A DNA stretch of 59,381 nt, filler included, from Sphacelaria rigidula (taxonomy: Eukaryota): the NCBI GenBank assembly GCA_964200075.2. It is 9 parts of 9 records of this genome, joined end to end, with 100 filler letters (N's around TTAATTAATTAA, not from the genome) between each part and the next. Parts side by side here need not be neighbours in the genome. Positions count along the whole stretch, not along the records: positions 1 to 6,510 come from CAXNAA020019641.1; positions 6,611 to 13,119 come from CAXNAA020019642.1; 7 more parts are not named here. One strand, 5' to 3'. A program made the position numbers and the translations under genes. The notes beneath the pieces are model-generated. The model had not been told where the DNA came from, ran no database searches, and saw only the letters and a program-made list of their open reading frames with translations. Shown in pieces: positions 1 to 11,305 of this stretch. Position 1 is the first letter of the stretch; every line of letters begins with the position of its first letter.

Positions 1-175
1 TTGTCTTAGTCGTTTGACCATTGACCACGCATCCCTTTCGAGACGCAGCACCGTTCCTACTCCTAGTAGAGACACCTTCAACATTCCGGCGCTCATTACG
101 TTTCTTCCATACATTAAGCAAATTTTTTTTACATGTCTTATCCCCTTCCTGTTTCGCCGTCTCTGGCAACCGTCA
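1..175 (-). mobile_element. 5'-truncated LINE 3'-end fragment (family A)
   Basis: Homologous to 3899-4090 and 11002-11200; the minus strand encodes the C-terminal peptide of the same LINE ORF (degenerate ...NVEGVSTRSRNGAASRKGCVVNGQTTKT); followed by a G-run at 176-200. Confidence 0.8.
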
Positions 176-200
176 GGGGCTGGGAGGGGGAGGGGGGGGG

Positions 201-380
201 TTACTCATGATTTTGCACGCCATAGTCATTGGATCAGTGACCTCGAATCCACACAAAGTCGGGATGGGGCACACCGGGTGTTTGCCGGATCAGGCTCGCA
301 AAATCACCAAGCGCCAAGTGCCGTGATGTGTTCACCTAGTTGCATGAGGGGTAAGCTGCATCCTGCTAAAATTGTGCGGG
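201..380 (-). mobile_element. SINE-like non-autonomous retroposon (family B), 3' portion
   Basis: Clear similarity to 3320-3510 and (inverted) to 1720-1904; begins after a G-run with TACTCATGA. Confidence 0.75.
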
Positions 381-1340
381 TGACTTACTTCAAACGCTGT
401 CGGGCTCTTGTCGGGGAGATTGTCGGCACGGGTACTACTATTCAGCCTGGCATTCATGGCAGTTCACCTCGTTCGCTCTTTCCTTGTTTCTTTTGGATTT
501 TTCTCCGTATCTTAAGTTTCCTCTAGCTATAGATTCCTGCTGCTTCCTTTGAATACACCTATCTTGTGACAACGACAGGATCCGCAGCTCACTAATTGAA
601 GTGCGATAACCGAGCAATCAACAAAACAGTCTGAAGGACCGCCCGCCTCTTGACACAGTCGGTATCTGTTCTCGGTTTGAAGTCCCTCTTGACACACTCG
701 GGATTTGAGGTGGTGGAGTGCAGGTGTAGCTGCACGCCAAGACACGCACGCGGGTAGGTGCTTGCGAAGAGTGTTTCATGGGAACTCTCCGCAATGAGAA
801 AAACAGATGCACACATCATCATTGCGTATATCGGCTGCGACTAACTCACCGATTGGCGCACGCAGTGCGAAAGACACTCATTTTGCACTTCCGACAGTGT
901 TGCGAAACCAGCAGCATGGCATACACCGTCGGAGTTGTTTATAGCCGAATCTACACGACAACATGTGGTAGATGGGTGACAGTGTCAGGCGGGTCGGCTA
1001 CTTTGCCTGATACCACGGGGCCTTGAAGCGAGATAATGCATTTCTGAGACACCTTCGCTAAGGTACGAGGGACGCCGATTGGAACCCCTCCAGTGCTCCG
1101 GAGTCAAACTGAGTGATGCTCAGGTTGAGAGGAAACTCGACAGTCAGTGTAGGTTCATGAAACCACGCAATCGTCTTACCCCATCTGCTCAAGATTGAAC
1201 GGGAACAAGCGGATTGCAACTCAAGTGGCTCAAGCTTGAGCACGAAGCTGAAATGAACGAAGGAGAATGCACGCAAGGTTTGATCACAAAGATGCCTGTC
1301 ATGGAGTACCCCTCCCCTCACCCCTCCTCACCCCCCCCCT

Positions 1341-1904
1341 CCAGCCTGGTCCGGTGAAGCCCGGCGTGCTCCGTCCCGACTTTGTGGGGACGTACCCTCC
1401 ATGAGGTTGGCGTCGGTTGGTAATGGCGCTGTAAAACACACCACTCACTGCGTAAGCTGGGCAACCGTTTACGTTTCGCGCCCTCGCAGTTTTGTTGCTG
1501 TAACACTGATGGTGGCAGAGCTACATCATCATGTGCGAAGCGGGAGAACTTCAATTCCGCGCAGAGGGGATAATCACCCTGCGTAGTATTGAAATGATGA
1601 GCAGACACCCATAAGGCAGTGTTGATTTCGTGCCTGTACCTGGAAGCAACGACACCAGAAAATGAAGCAAGTCATTAGAGGCTGTCATCCAAGTACAAGA
1701 TATTCAATACCCTACGGGCCGAACAATTCTAGCAGGCTGCAGCTCACCCTTCATGCGACTCACCGAACACATCACAGCGCTTCGCGCGTAGTGAGTGATG
1801 CATGCCTCGTCCGGTGAAAACCCGGTGTGCTCCGTCCCGGGTTTGTACGGATGCGAGGTCAATGCTCTTGCGGCTACGACATGCAAGATCATGAGTACCC
1901 CCCC
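1341..1904 (+). mobile_element. Near full-length SINE-like element (family B)
   Basis: Reverse-complement homolog of 3306-3872 over its whole length; ends GATCATGAGTACCCCCCC; preceded by a C-rich tract at 1309-1340; no coding capacity. Confidence 0.8.
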
Positions 1905-3305
1905 ATCCACTTCAATGAAGTCATGAATTATTGTAGAGCTCAAACTCGCATCACGGCGGTGTAACTTGCGCCCGTCGAATTTGCATTGGCAGATAGTGCC
2001 TTAAAAAGTAGGTTGTAGTTCATCAGCCACAATTGCGGCACGACAACGTTGTCGAGGTCCACAGCTTCCGCACCTCCGTTTTCCTCAAGGGCGATGAACC
2101 ATGCGCCTCCCCGCGCAGGTCCATGAGGGACTTCGGCAGCACCCACCACACCGCTGGATTCTGGCAGAGTTACTGAAGGAGCTGCGCGTGCTGCGGTACG
2201 AACAAGAGGCTGATCTTTTACTCGACGCTTTCGGGTCAATCAGGTAATACGTTACCACCATAGTCGTGCGTACACGATCAGCCATTGTGAATGATGTACA
2301 CTATTGTGCAGTGTCGTGTGGTGTTCAATGTCATTTTGTTTGTCCCTTGTTTTCTTCTTTTGTGCGTTTAGGAGTGTGGTTCTGCAGCCCTTATCTTCCC
2401 TACTGGAGAATTGCCCCGTGTCCGGCGAAACTGCCCGCACCCTGTACGCGTTTTTCAACGAGAAAGCAGACGGCCTACCTTTGCCGTGCATTCTGTGCCC
2501 GGGACAGCAGGATGGATGCAGGCTTTTGCGTTCCTCTTCAGGCCAAAGTTAATGGAAGTGCCACGTCAATATATGTGTATGTGTGTCATGTCTCGCTAGC
2601 AGTGTACGACACGGAAGGCTGCGCCGAGTTCCGTTGTGTCCGACGTACACACTTGTTTGAACGGTACGGTCCCATCGGTCAAGTGGCCCAGTCATGCTGC
2701 CAAAAAGTAGATGCCTCGTGCGATATCAAACCTTTCCCAGAAATAGTCAGCAAATATCTAGATACTTTGAATTAAAGGAATTCGCCGAAGTTTCAGTTCA
2801 ATCCCGCGCATTGCTGCTCCATGCATCAGCGGCAACACCCTCTCCTGTGCGATGAACAACTCAGCCTTGGTGCTAGCACACTACCGTCCGGTGGTGCGAA
2901 CGGTGTTGTAACGGCTAAAAGTTCCAATGAGCGGCACACATTTTGGTTAACCCCGCATTCCTTTGGTATCTGGGCGTCGTGCAGATACTCGACTCCGTGG
3001 CAGTCCGCTGGGAAGCCCGCGGTTCTGAGTCTAGTTTGCACCAACTGGAATTACGGTCATCGGTCAGTCACCAGTGCTACCTTTCATCAAACACCAACGC
3101 GTTCGCGATGCCATTCGTTCATTTCTCCATCCCACCACACAAAACCGCTATTTATTTTTGCTTCCATCCCCGCAGATTGTTTACGACTATGGAACAATAC
3201 ATCTTGCCCTTGTTTGAGAATTGGGGTTGAAAACTGTGTCGTTGGTACCCTCCTCTGTCCTCAACACCCAGGATTAGCATTTTCCACAAAAAGGCGTGCG
3301 CGCGA

Positions 3306-3872
3306 GGGGGGGGGGGAGGGGTACTCATGATCTTGCATGCCGTAGCCGTAAGACCATTGACCTTGCATCCGTACAAAGCCAGGACGGATCACGCCGGGTT
3401 TTGGCCGGAACAGGTTCGCAATCACTCACCAAGCGCGAAGCACCGCGGTTTGTTCGGCGAGTCGCATGAAGGATGAGCTGCATCCTCCAAAGATTGTTCA
3501 GCCCGAAGCGTACTACTGATAATCTTGCCCGTAATGAGTTGCTTCATTTTCTGGTGTCGCCACTTCCAGAGATAGTCACGGCTTGTATACTGGCTCATGG
3601 GTGTCTCACATTTGAAACACTACGTAGTACGACCATCCCCTATGCACGGAGTTGAGGTTCTCCCACCCCGCACAACATGATGTAGCTCCACCATCATCAT
3701 GGTTACCGCAAAAGAACGAAGGCACGCAAACAAGATCGGCAACCTTGATGCCTCGCTTACGCAGTGAGTGGCGTGTTCTACAGCGTCGTCGGCAATCGAT
3801 GCCAATCCCATAGGGGTCCGTCCCTACTAAGCAGGGATGGGACACGCCGGGTTTTCGCCGGACTAGGCTAAC
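3306..3872 (-). mobile_element. Near full-length SINE-like element (family B)
   Basis: G-run + GTACTCATGATCTTGCATGCC...; colinear with 1341-1904; its 5' end abuts the G-tract (poly-C tail) of the LINE at 3899. Confidence 0.8.
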
Positions 3873-3898
3873 GCGGCGGAGGAGGGGGGGCAGGGGGA

Positions 3899-5640
3899 TT
3901 CTCATTTGTTGCTTGCCTTGGTCGTTTGACCACTGACCACGCATTCCTTGCGAGACGGAGGACCGTTCCTACTCCTGATAAGAGACACCTCCAAGAGTTT
4001 GATGCTCCTTACGTTTTTTCCGTACATGACACAGAAACCGTTTAGTACCTTATTATCCCCTCCTCGACTTGTCGTCTGTGGCCACCATATATCTCCTAGT
4101 ATAGCGATCATTTTCTCGCTACAGGCCAATGTACCAAACGATATCCTGCCACCTCCGTTCACTTTCGCATTTCCCTCTCGGAGACGTCCCGTTCCTCCTC
4201 GTACATTTCACATTATTTCACTATTTGAGTTCTACTCTCTTTTGCTTCGCCACATGGGCAAGTCTGTGCATCTACTTCCTCCTCCACTCGACTACTGGTA
4301 CACCTCTTCCTTCATCATGAGAGGCCCAGGTCTCCCACCCGAGATAGCCATTTCAGTATTCTTGCGGAGCCCATTGGACTATGCAGATCTGTTTTAACCC
4401 CCATCCCCTCTCTCAACCTGCCGTATATCTTCAGGTGTCCTCCCTCGTTTATCTCCCGTCTTAGCGCTTCTTTTTCTCTTATTTATATATATATATATTG
4501 TTTCTTGCTTTCGTCTTGTACCCGCCACATTCACCTATGGACATGATCTCGGCTTAGTTTCCTCCTATCTCCTTCCATACGTTCTCGAATGTACTATCCC
4601 ACCTGTTGTTCTAGCCTGCGCTTTCGTCACTTTCTGCCATACGGCCCTATCAACTATGGCTGGCAATGTCTTGGCATGCTCCTGACGCTATTCTGCTATT
4701 TTGGTTTTTCATGTCTGTTTGTTTGAAGTTGGTACAATCCCAACTCTGCCCTCAATGCTGTATTACTCACCATTTTCAAACATCCAATAAGTGTTTTCTT
4801 TGCTACTGTCGTCTGTACTGTTTCCGTAGCTTTTTCACCGCCTTTGTGTTCCTCTCCGATACCTCTCCTGCATATTCCAGCTTTGGTACAATCACATTTA
4901 TCAGGATACAGTTCTTAATCCTAGTGTCTAGATGCGAGTATCTGAGATCGATACATCTTTTGCCTATCTGTACCGTCCCCTGTTCTATTACTATACTCAT
5001 ATGTTTTTGATTGGTTGATTGATTGTCGCACTTCAACTGACCCCCCAGGGGTCCAGCCGTGGTCTCATGATAGACGTCCCCAAGAAAAACTAAACTGAAA
5101 CACGCTCTGAGGAAACGAAGGAACAGAAAAAAAGGGGGTCGAACAGAACGACATTGCAGACTAAGTCGTCACAAAAAAAGGGTAATAAAAAAGCCAACAC
5201 GAGCAAAGCACAGAAAGAAATGGACGAGTATGTGCATCCCAAGAACAATTGTTCAACATCTCTACGCGAAGGTATGCTTACTGATCTACGACGGGCAGTT
5301 CCTCTGCTCCCCATTTCCATTTGAACTCTACCGGATTTTCCATATCGTCGTTACATGAAAGTACCGCGCACTCGTTTACGTACGTTTGCTATCACTCTCC
5401 ATTTCCTAGTGTATTCTAGCGCCGTCTCTTCTTGCTTTTGCAATCTTTCTGGTGTTTCCGAAATCCCCACGAAATCATCCGCGAACATCGATCCCGATAC
5501 CTTATATCCCCCACCTTGACGCCTTGCTCTGCTGCTTCTATTGCTATCATCAAGTCATTGATAAATAGTTTGAATAAAACGGGTGATAGTGTACATCCTT
5601 GTGCAAATCCTTGTAAAATTTCAATTTCACGAAGTGGATT
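3899..5640 (-). mobile_element. Degenerate non-LTR retrotransposon (LINE, family A): RT and C-terminal Cys/His region, interrupted by an insertion
   Basis: Minus strand gives RT motifs QGFAQGCTLSPVLFKLFINDL and MFADDFVGISETP (5416-5640), INVIVPKLEYAGEV (4803-5036), a CPCG...ESRT-type Cys-rich motif (~4200-4270) and C-terminus ...KECVVSGQTTKASNK*; many stops and frameshifts. Confidence 0.9.
5009..5230 (-). mobile_element. Short retroposon-like repeat (family C) with (ATCA)n microsatellite tail, inserted in the LINE
   Basis: TTGATTGGTTGATTGATTGTCGCACTTCAACTGACC... matches 30940-31141 (inverted, ending CAATCAATCAATCAGTCAATCAATC) and 46515-46720. Confidence 0.7.
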
Positions 5641-5677
5641 TTGGTTTCTGCTCCGGGTAAAACTTCGACTAACCATT

Positions 5678-5732
5678 TTTTTGCGACTCGAGTTTTGCGA
5701 CTTAATTTTTGCGACTTAATTTTTGCGACTTC
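5678..5732. repeat. 14-15-bp tandem repeat (TTTTGCGACTTAAT)
   Basis: Four visible copies of TTTTGCGACT. Confidence 0.8.
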
Positions 5733-6088
5733 ATATTTTCTACATGTTTTCAATCTAAAGCCCCTATTGATTTTGTTTTCTGGGGGGAAACTTTGTCAAA
5801 CAGGAACCAAACACATCTTGCTCCAAGGGGCACCTGGACACACAGCGGTTGCTACTGCCTACCTAGTATCATCCTCCAAATCGAAGTCTTGAGTGAGAGC
5901 GCCTGGCGTGCAGCTGCTTGACGCGACCACTGCGTTCTGCCACGGACCCTTCCCCACGTACCCGACAAGTAGGCAACATCTCCATACAGACAGTAGCAAT
6001 GCTATAGTAGTCAGCGTCAGAAGTTTTCAGAATTCGTGGTTGTCTTTTTTTCTGAGTTTTTCTGGCGTACCGCTCTTTACTACTACTT

Positions 6089-6510
6089 GAAAGTGCTAGC
6101 GCCGGTAGAGTTAGGGAGGAAGCGTAGGCCGCGCTCAAATTGCAGTGCTCACGTTGGTGTTTTTGGGGCGATACGGATTTAATACCCCGTTTACCAGGAG
6201 GGTGTTATTGACCGTTTTTGGTCCAATATAAGCAGTTTTCCCGCTTTTCAGCGACGGAACGGTATATATTCAGATAAATTAATACGTTTAAAATTCTTCA
6301 CAAAAAAGATCGAGATCGTGTTTCCCTCCTATACTGTAAAGAACTCAGTTTAGCATTTTCTGCGGATGGGGGTTTTCCGCATAACATTTCCCATGAGCAC
6401 TCGAAAGTGCTAGCGTCACTAGTTTTGGCAAAATAAGCAGACCGTGCTCAAATCACAATTGCCCAAGTTGTTGTTGTGGGGGCGATACCGGGTAAAGAAC
6501 CCGTTTACCA
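6089..6510. repeat. Dispersed repeat with ~315-bp tandem duplication
   Basis: GAAAGTGCTAGCG...GGGGCGATAC...CCGTTTACCA at 6089-6196 and 6404-6510; related sequence inverted near 47380-47460. Confidence 0.6.
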
Positions 6511-6610
6511 NNNNNNNNNNNNNNNNNNNNNNNNNNNNNNNNNNNNNNNNNNNNTTAATTAATTAANNNNNNNNNNNNNNNNNNNNNNNNNNNNNNNNNN
6601 NNNNNNNNNN
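6511..6610. other. Artificial contig linker (N44-TTAATTAATTAA-N44)
   Basis: Six-frame-stop 12-mer between N runs; identical linkers at 13120, 19729, 26338, 32947, 39556, 46165 and 52774, spaced exactly 6609 bp apart. Confidence 0.98.
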
Positions 6611-6697
6611 GTCGAAAAAATTAACGTCTAGCGATGTCTCTCTGCCCCCACATCGTGTACTTCACCGTGCACGTCAAAAGTCCCCCCCCCCCCCCCC

Positions 6698-6802
6698 GAA
6701 ATCCCGACGTGCTCCGCCCCGGCTTTGTAGGGATGCGAGGTCAATGGTACCATGACTACGGCATGCAGGATCACGAGCACCCCCCCTCCCCCCCTCCCCC
6801 TC
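6698..6802 (+). mobile_element. 5'-truncated SINE-like copy (family B) between C-runs
   Basis: ...GGATGCGAGGTCAATGG...GCATGCAGGATCACGAGCACCCCCC; C15 run upstream (6682-6697) and a C-rich tract downstream. Confidence 0.75.
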
Positions 6803-6819
6803 CTTTGCCTGTGCCACAC

Positions 6820-6970
6820 CTGCCCCTCCAACGAAGAGCCCAAGGTCTTCTCCGCCCTGGCCAGCTCAAGCGCCTTATTCACATCGTTTCTCAACGATCG
6901 CAACCAACCCCATTTTCCCTCCTCGTGCTGCGAGTGCCTTGTTGTCGCCCACCCCGCCTCGAATATACTC
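6820..6970 (-). CDS. ileS: Isoleucyl-tRNA synthetase (bacterial/organellar type), internal exon of the anticodon-binding domain
   Basis: tgcag|...|gtgtgg; encodes (K)SIFEAGWATTRHSQHEEGKWGWLRSLRNDVNKALELARAEKTLGSSLEGQ, matching the IleRS R..VNKALE.AR....GSSLE motif; phase joins the 10555-10713 exon (AA|G). Confidence 0.9.
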
Positions 6971-7136
6971 CTGCACCGACCCGTGTGTTGCGGTGTGGCA
7001 TGGTGTGAGTTTCGGGTCAAGTACGGTACCACCAGGAGGGGGGAACAGCAGAATTTCTGGGTAAACTGAGACAAAATGTGGAAGAGCATCAAGATAAAAA
7101 TGGATTTCCTGTGTTGTGTGTACGCATGTGCGGGAA

Positions 7137-7234
7137 TGGGGGGAGGGGGGAGCGTGTACTCATGATCTTGCATGTCATAGTCATATGACCATTGACCTCG
7201 CATCCATACAAAGCCGGGATGGAGTACGCCGGGT
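7137..7234 (-). mobile_element. 5'-truncated SINE-like copy (family B)
   Basis: G-run + GTACTCATGATCTTGCATG...GACCATTGACCTCGCATCC...TACGCCGGG, abutting the G-tract of the LINE fragment at 7259. Confidence 0.75.
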
Positions 7235-7258
7235 GGGGGCAGGGGAGAGGAGTGGGGC

Positions 7259-7333
7259 TACTCATTTGTTGCTTGTCTCAGTCGTTTGATCATTGACCAC
7301 GCATCTCTTTCGAGACGGGGCAGGAGGGGGGGG
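7259..7333 (-). mobile_element. Very short LINE 3'-end fragment (family A)
   Basis: TACTCATTTGTTGCTTGTCTCAGTCGTTTGATCATTGACCACGCATC...GAGACG with G-rich tracts on both sides. Confidence 0.75.
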
Positions 7334-7879
7334 AAGTTCCTCGGGGTTGATAAAATCACCTTGGATGAAGTGGGGCCAAGTCTTCTCTATTTGGGTGGAA
7401 GTGGCAAAAAAACATGGGAAAAGAAACATCGAACACTTTTGCGTTCGTTCGTCGGTTTTCAAAACGTACTGAGCAGCACAAAACATGAAAGCACTTTTAC
7501 GACTGTTCGTTAATTTTTCAACTTCAACGAGAAACACGCCACACAAGAAAAAATCACCAAGTCCAAAAAAAACTCCCATGAGCATAAAAATCAGACATCA
7601 TGAGCTCTTCAGCGTGACGCAGGGGAAGAAAAAAAGTCCGCTTGTAGGAGCAACCGTTGACAATACACACGCTACCATGCACAAAGTAATGTATTAGTAT
7701 GCCTTGACTCTATCGGACTGCTCCACGGTCGAAGGTTTACCAGAGGGAGAATACTTTTATGGTTCGTCGGACGAATCAGAGTTCATACGGATTTATTCCC
7801 CATGGACGTTGAATGCGAATCATGTACCAAAGAGTCATTCGGTATCAATCACGGGTGGTGAAGTTGTATGTTCAAGGTC

Positions 7880-9250
7880 ACACCGCAAGAATCGCGACCT
7901 GGGAATGTGTACATTCCAAGTAGTATCAGACGAATCAAGAGTGCAAGATATGTACGAATCACACTTCATGTATGAATTGTGGGGTAGGAAACGTGTACAC
8001 TTGACTCGTCTCGTATGAGTCGAAGGTGGGGGAACATGTACGTACAATTCATGCTGCATGAACGGAGATAGGGATTCATGTGCGCTTGGCTCGTACGGAT
8101 GGAAGGCGGAGAAGATGTACATGTGATTCATGCTGCGTGAACGGAAATTGGGAAACGGTCACGTTTGATTCACCCCGTATGAATAGGAGGGGAGGAGGTA
8201 CATGTACGCTTGATTCACCTCGTATGAATCGAAGGTGTGAAACCATGCATCTATGATTCATGCTCACGAACGCAAGGTGGAAAGCACGTGCATGACTCAC
8301 GTGATTCATGCTGTGTGAATTATAGGGACATGAAAAGCTAGAAGAATCACTCTAGGCGCGCAGATGCGAGTTGCGCCATGCTGTACCGTACTATCTGCGA
8401 ACAAGTCTTGCTGGTGCTGTGTTTTTCGCAAGTGTTCGTGTTATTGTATACAGTATGTTCAGGTCAACTGTACCACAGAACACGACACCAAAGCGCAAAG
8501 GCTGTCACTAGCATAGCTCCGGGAAAAAAACTGACGATCGCAGAAAAAACGATCTAGGCACGCAGACGCGTGTGTTGTATCACCATAGTTGATGTGTTCT
8601 GTGTGAGTACAAAATTTGAAATTGGATTTATTGCGGATTGGGCTCTTGAAGGGTTCGCGACCTGTACGCTCTTATTTGTCTACCCCACCTGCAAAAGGGC
8701 CGCGCCACCTAAGAGTCGTGCCCCATGAAATGACAGGTGGGAAACAATATGTTCACAAGATTTATATCATATAAACATGAACATGTACGCATGATTCGCG
8801 CTGCATAAATGAAAATTGAGAAACATATACACTTGATCCATCTGGTATTCATGGAAGGTAGGGAACATGCACGTAAGATTCATACCGCATAAAATGGAAA
8901 TTGGGAAACATGTACGCTTGATTCGTCTCGTATGAAAGGAATGTGGGGAACATGTGCGTATGATTCATGCTGCATGAACGGAAATATGGTGAACATGTAC
9001 GCTCGATTCACCTCGTATGAATGAAAGGTGGGGTACGTGTGCCCATGATTCATGCTGAATGAATTGAAATTGGGAAACATGTACCTATGATTCACGTCAC
9101 AGGAATGGTAGGTGGGAAACGTGTACCTTTGAGAGCGTATCGCACGAACCCAAAAAATGTACGAATCACACCTTGTCTACAAATCGTATGATTGATTCGT
9201 CCACATGTTGAATGTGAGTTGAATCACGATTTTATTCGTCCCAACCATGA
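7880..9250. repeat. Degenerate ~40-bp minisatellite arrays (AACATGTACG...TGATTCA...ATGAA...GG) in the IleRS intron
   Basis: Recurring ACATGTAC / TGATTCA / GTATGAA motifs at ~7890-8320 and ~8730-9250. Confidence 0.7.
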
Positions 9251-9629
9251 ATACTTTCCCAACATGGAGCAAATACCCATCTTGGCTTTTGCTCGATTAA
9301 AAGAGTACACGATTGTTGATGAGGGGCAAGCAATCCCGAGTATACAACCAAGTCGACCAACTTTCTCCACGTGAAAATTTGGACGCGCATGCTCCGGGAC
9401 AATTATCCGAACTATAGATAATAACGACTGACAGGCACAAAGCACATTTTACTTGGAAGAGGGCTTCGGTGTGAATGGTGCATCGAACGGATGGCCCAGA
9501 CTGACAGACAGGTATCGCTGAAGGCGGGCCCAACGGTTTGATGACGACGATGATGGAAAACCATTTGTTTTTGTTGAAGAGGGTGGAGCATGGTACGATG
9601 TCTATAGAGCACACCCGGGACAAAATGTG

Positions 9630-10090
9630 GTCATTGGTTGCAATAAAAAAAACTTGCACTGCGTAACGCATAGGCCTCTTGCAACTATCGTCGGACCGAC
9701 GATACTAATAGTTGTGAAAGGCCTATACACGCAGTAAAATCTTCTATTGCAACTGTCTACTACATATTTTGTCGCGCCCACAATAGTTGCATTCGGGCTA
9801 TACTTTACATATAATTTTTATCTACTGCAACTATTGACCACATATTATCCTCCGTCAGTACCTGCAACAGGCCTACACTTTACTCAGTACAAGTTTTTTT
9901 ATTGCAAATATTGACAACAAATTGTCCTCCGACAATGGTTACAACGTGTCAATACTTTACGTAGTACAATTTCCCCATTGCAACTGTTGACCACATATTG
10001 CCCTCCGACAATAGTCACAAATAGGCCTATATTTTACGCAGTACATTTTTCTTCTCTTTTCTTGCAACTACTCGTATCGACCGCCTGTTG
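9630..10090. repeat. ~78-bp degenerate tandem repeat
   Basis: Repeated TTGCAACT.TTGACCACATATT...CCTCCGACAATAG...GGCCTATA..TTTAC.CAGTAC units, about six copies. Confidence 0.65.
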
Positions 10091-10554
10091 TCCAGGCTGT
10101 GCTATATTTCAAGGGTCGGACAAATAATAATTCGTCTGGAAATTACTTGATTTTAGTATAATGAGTCGACTCGTGACGAATAAATCCCTAGGCTTTATTT
10201 CAACGTTGCAACCCAGGTAGACACAGCCCAGACACGTGGAATGACGCAAAAGTTGCGTGGATACCCCTTGGACCAGCGATCAACTTCTTTCTCCCTTTTG
10301 GGCAACTGGGCCGAAGAAATCGTGAATTTAGTGAATTTGAGTCGTGATGAGTTGTCCTAACCGTGCTACATTCGCAACGTGGATTAAAGTCTACTTTTGT
10401 TGGAGGGATGCACCGAATGTACGCCGGTCTTCACATGCTTGCAAAAAGCTCACTCACCGGCAACAGACCATCCCATGAGAAAATATCACTAACTTTCCCA
10501 CAAGAGAGGAATACTCGCGAGGAAACACGAACCCGAGTGCACTCCAATACTCAC

Positions 10555-10713
10555 TTTTCCCCGCCGTCGGTTTTGAAAGGGAGCGTTTGCCACACGTCCT
10601 CCGCCATGTGCGGCAGGATGGGCGCCATCACAGTGGCAAGGTCCATTAGCAGCGTGTGCAGAACCGTCTGGCACGATCGCCGTCGGAGGTCGTCCGCGCT
10701 CGAGATGTATAAC
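10555..10713 (-). CDS. ileS: Isoleucyl-tRNA synthetase exon
   Basis: aaacag|...|gtgagt; encodes (R)LYISSADDLRRRSCQTVLHTLLMDLATVMAPILPHMAEDVWQTLPFKTDGGE(K), the classic IleRS DRLY...RRS.QTVL...APILPH.AE..W motif. Confidence 0.95.
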
Positions 10714-11001
10714 CTGTTTTTGTTTCAAAGCGTTTGTTTCGTTTCGTTGACCATCATTTATTGAAAAAAAGCACGAAATATTCTTTACCGCCACTACCAT
10801 CATCATCTCCACGAGTTCCACACAACCTCATGGGTGTCTCACCATAGCTCACCATTGCGGGAGGGGGGGGGGGGGGGGGGGGGGACTCATTTTTGGGGTT
10901 CTTTTAAACGGTGGGGTGATCAGGCCCACACAATTCTTCCCAGACCGGNNNNNNNNNNTGGGGTGTGGGTGGTGGTGGTGGGTGGGGGTTGGGGGTGGGC
11001 C

Positions 11002-11305
11002 GTACTCATTTGTCGCTTGCTTTATAGCAGTCGATTGACCAGTGACCACGAATCTCTTCCGACACGGGGTACCGCTACTACTCCTAACAGAGACACCACC
11101 AACATTCAGGCACTCATTGCGCCTCTTCCACGCACTACACGAGAACCTTTTACATATCTTATCCCCGTCCTGTTTCGCCGTCTGTGGCAACCATCTATCT
11201 TCTAGTATCGCCATCGTTTCCTCCCTACTGTCTAATGCATCAAACGATCTCATGTCACCTTCCTTTACCTCCCGCATTTCCCCCTCTAGCACGTCCCGTT
11301 CCTCC
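11002..11305 (-). mobile_element. 5'-truncated LINE 3'-end fragment (family A)
   Basis: Encodes EERDVLEGEMREVKEGDMRSFDALDSREETMAILEDRWLPQTAKQDGDKICKRF...; G-tracts at both ends (10960-11000, 11309-11329). Confidence 0.85.

Noticed and set aside
500..3300. ORFs in contig 1 as downstream IleRS exons or a novel gene
   Set aside because: No IleRS C-terminal zinc-finger (C..RCW...C.RC) motif is visible, the contig is unlinked to the IleRS contig, and the ORFs are short with no recognisable domain.
6555..6566. TTAATTAATTAA palindrome as a biological motif (piggyBac TTAA/PacI site)
   Set aside because: Always centred in 100-bp N gaps; it is a six-frame-stop assembly linker.
6628..7203. 191-aa ORF as a single-exon gene
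   Set aside because: Only 6820-6970 is IleRS exon; the rest is read-through of intron and SINE sequence.
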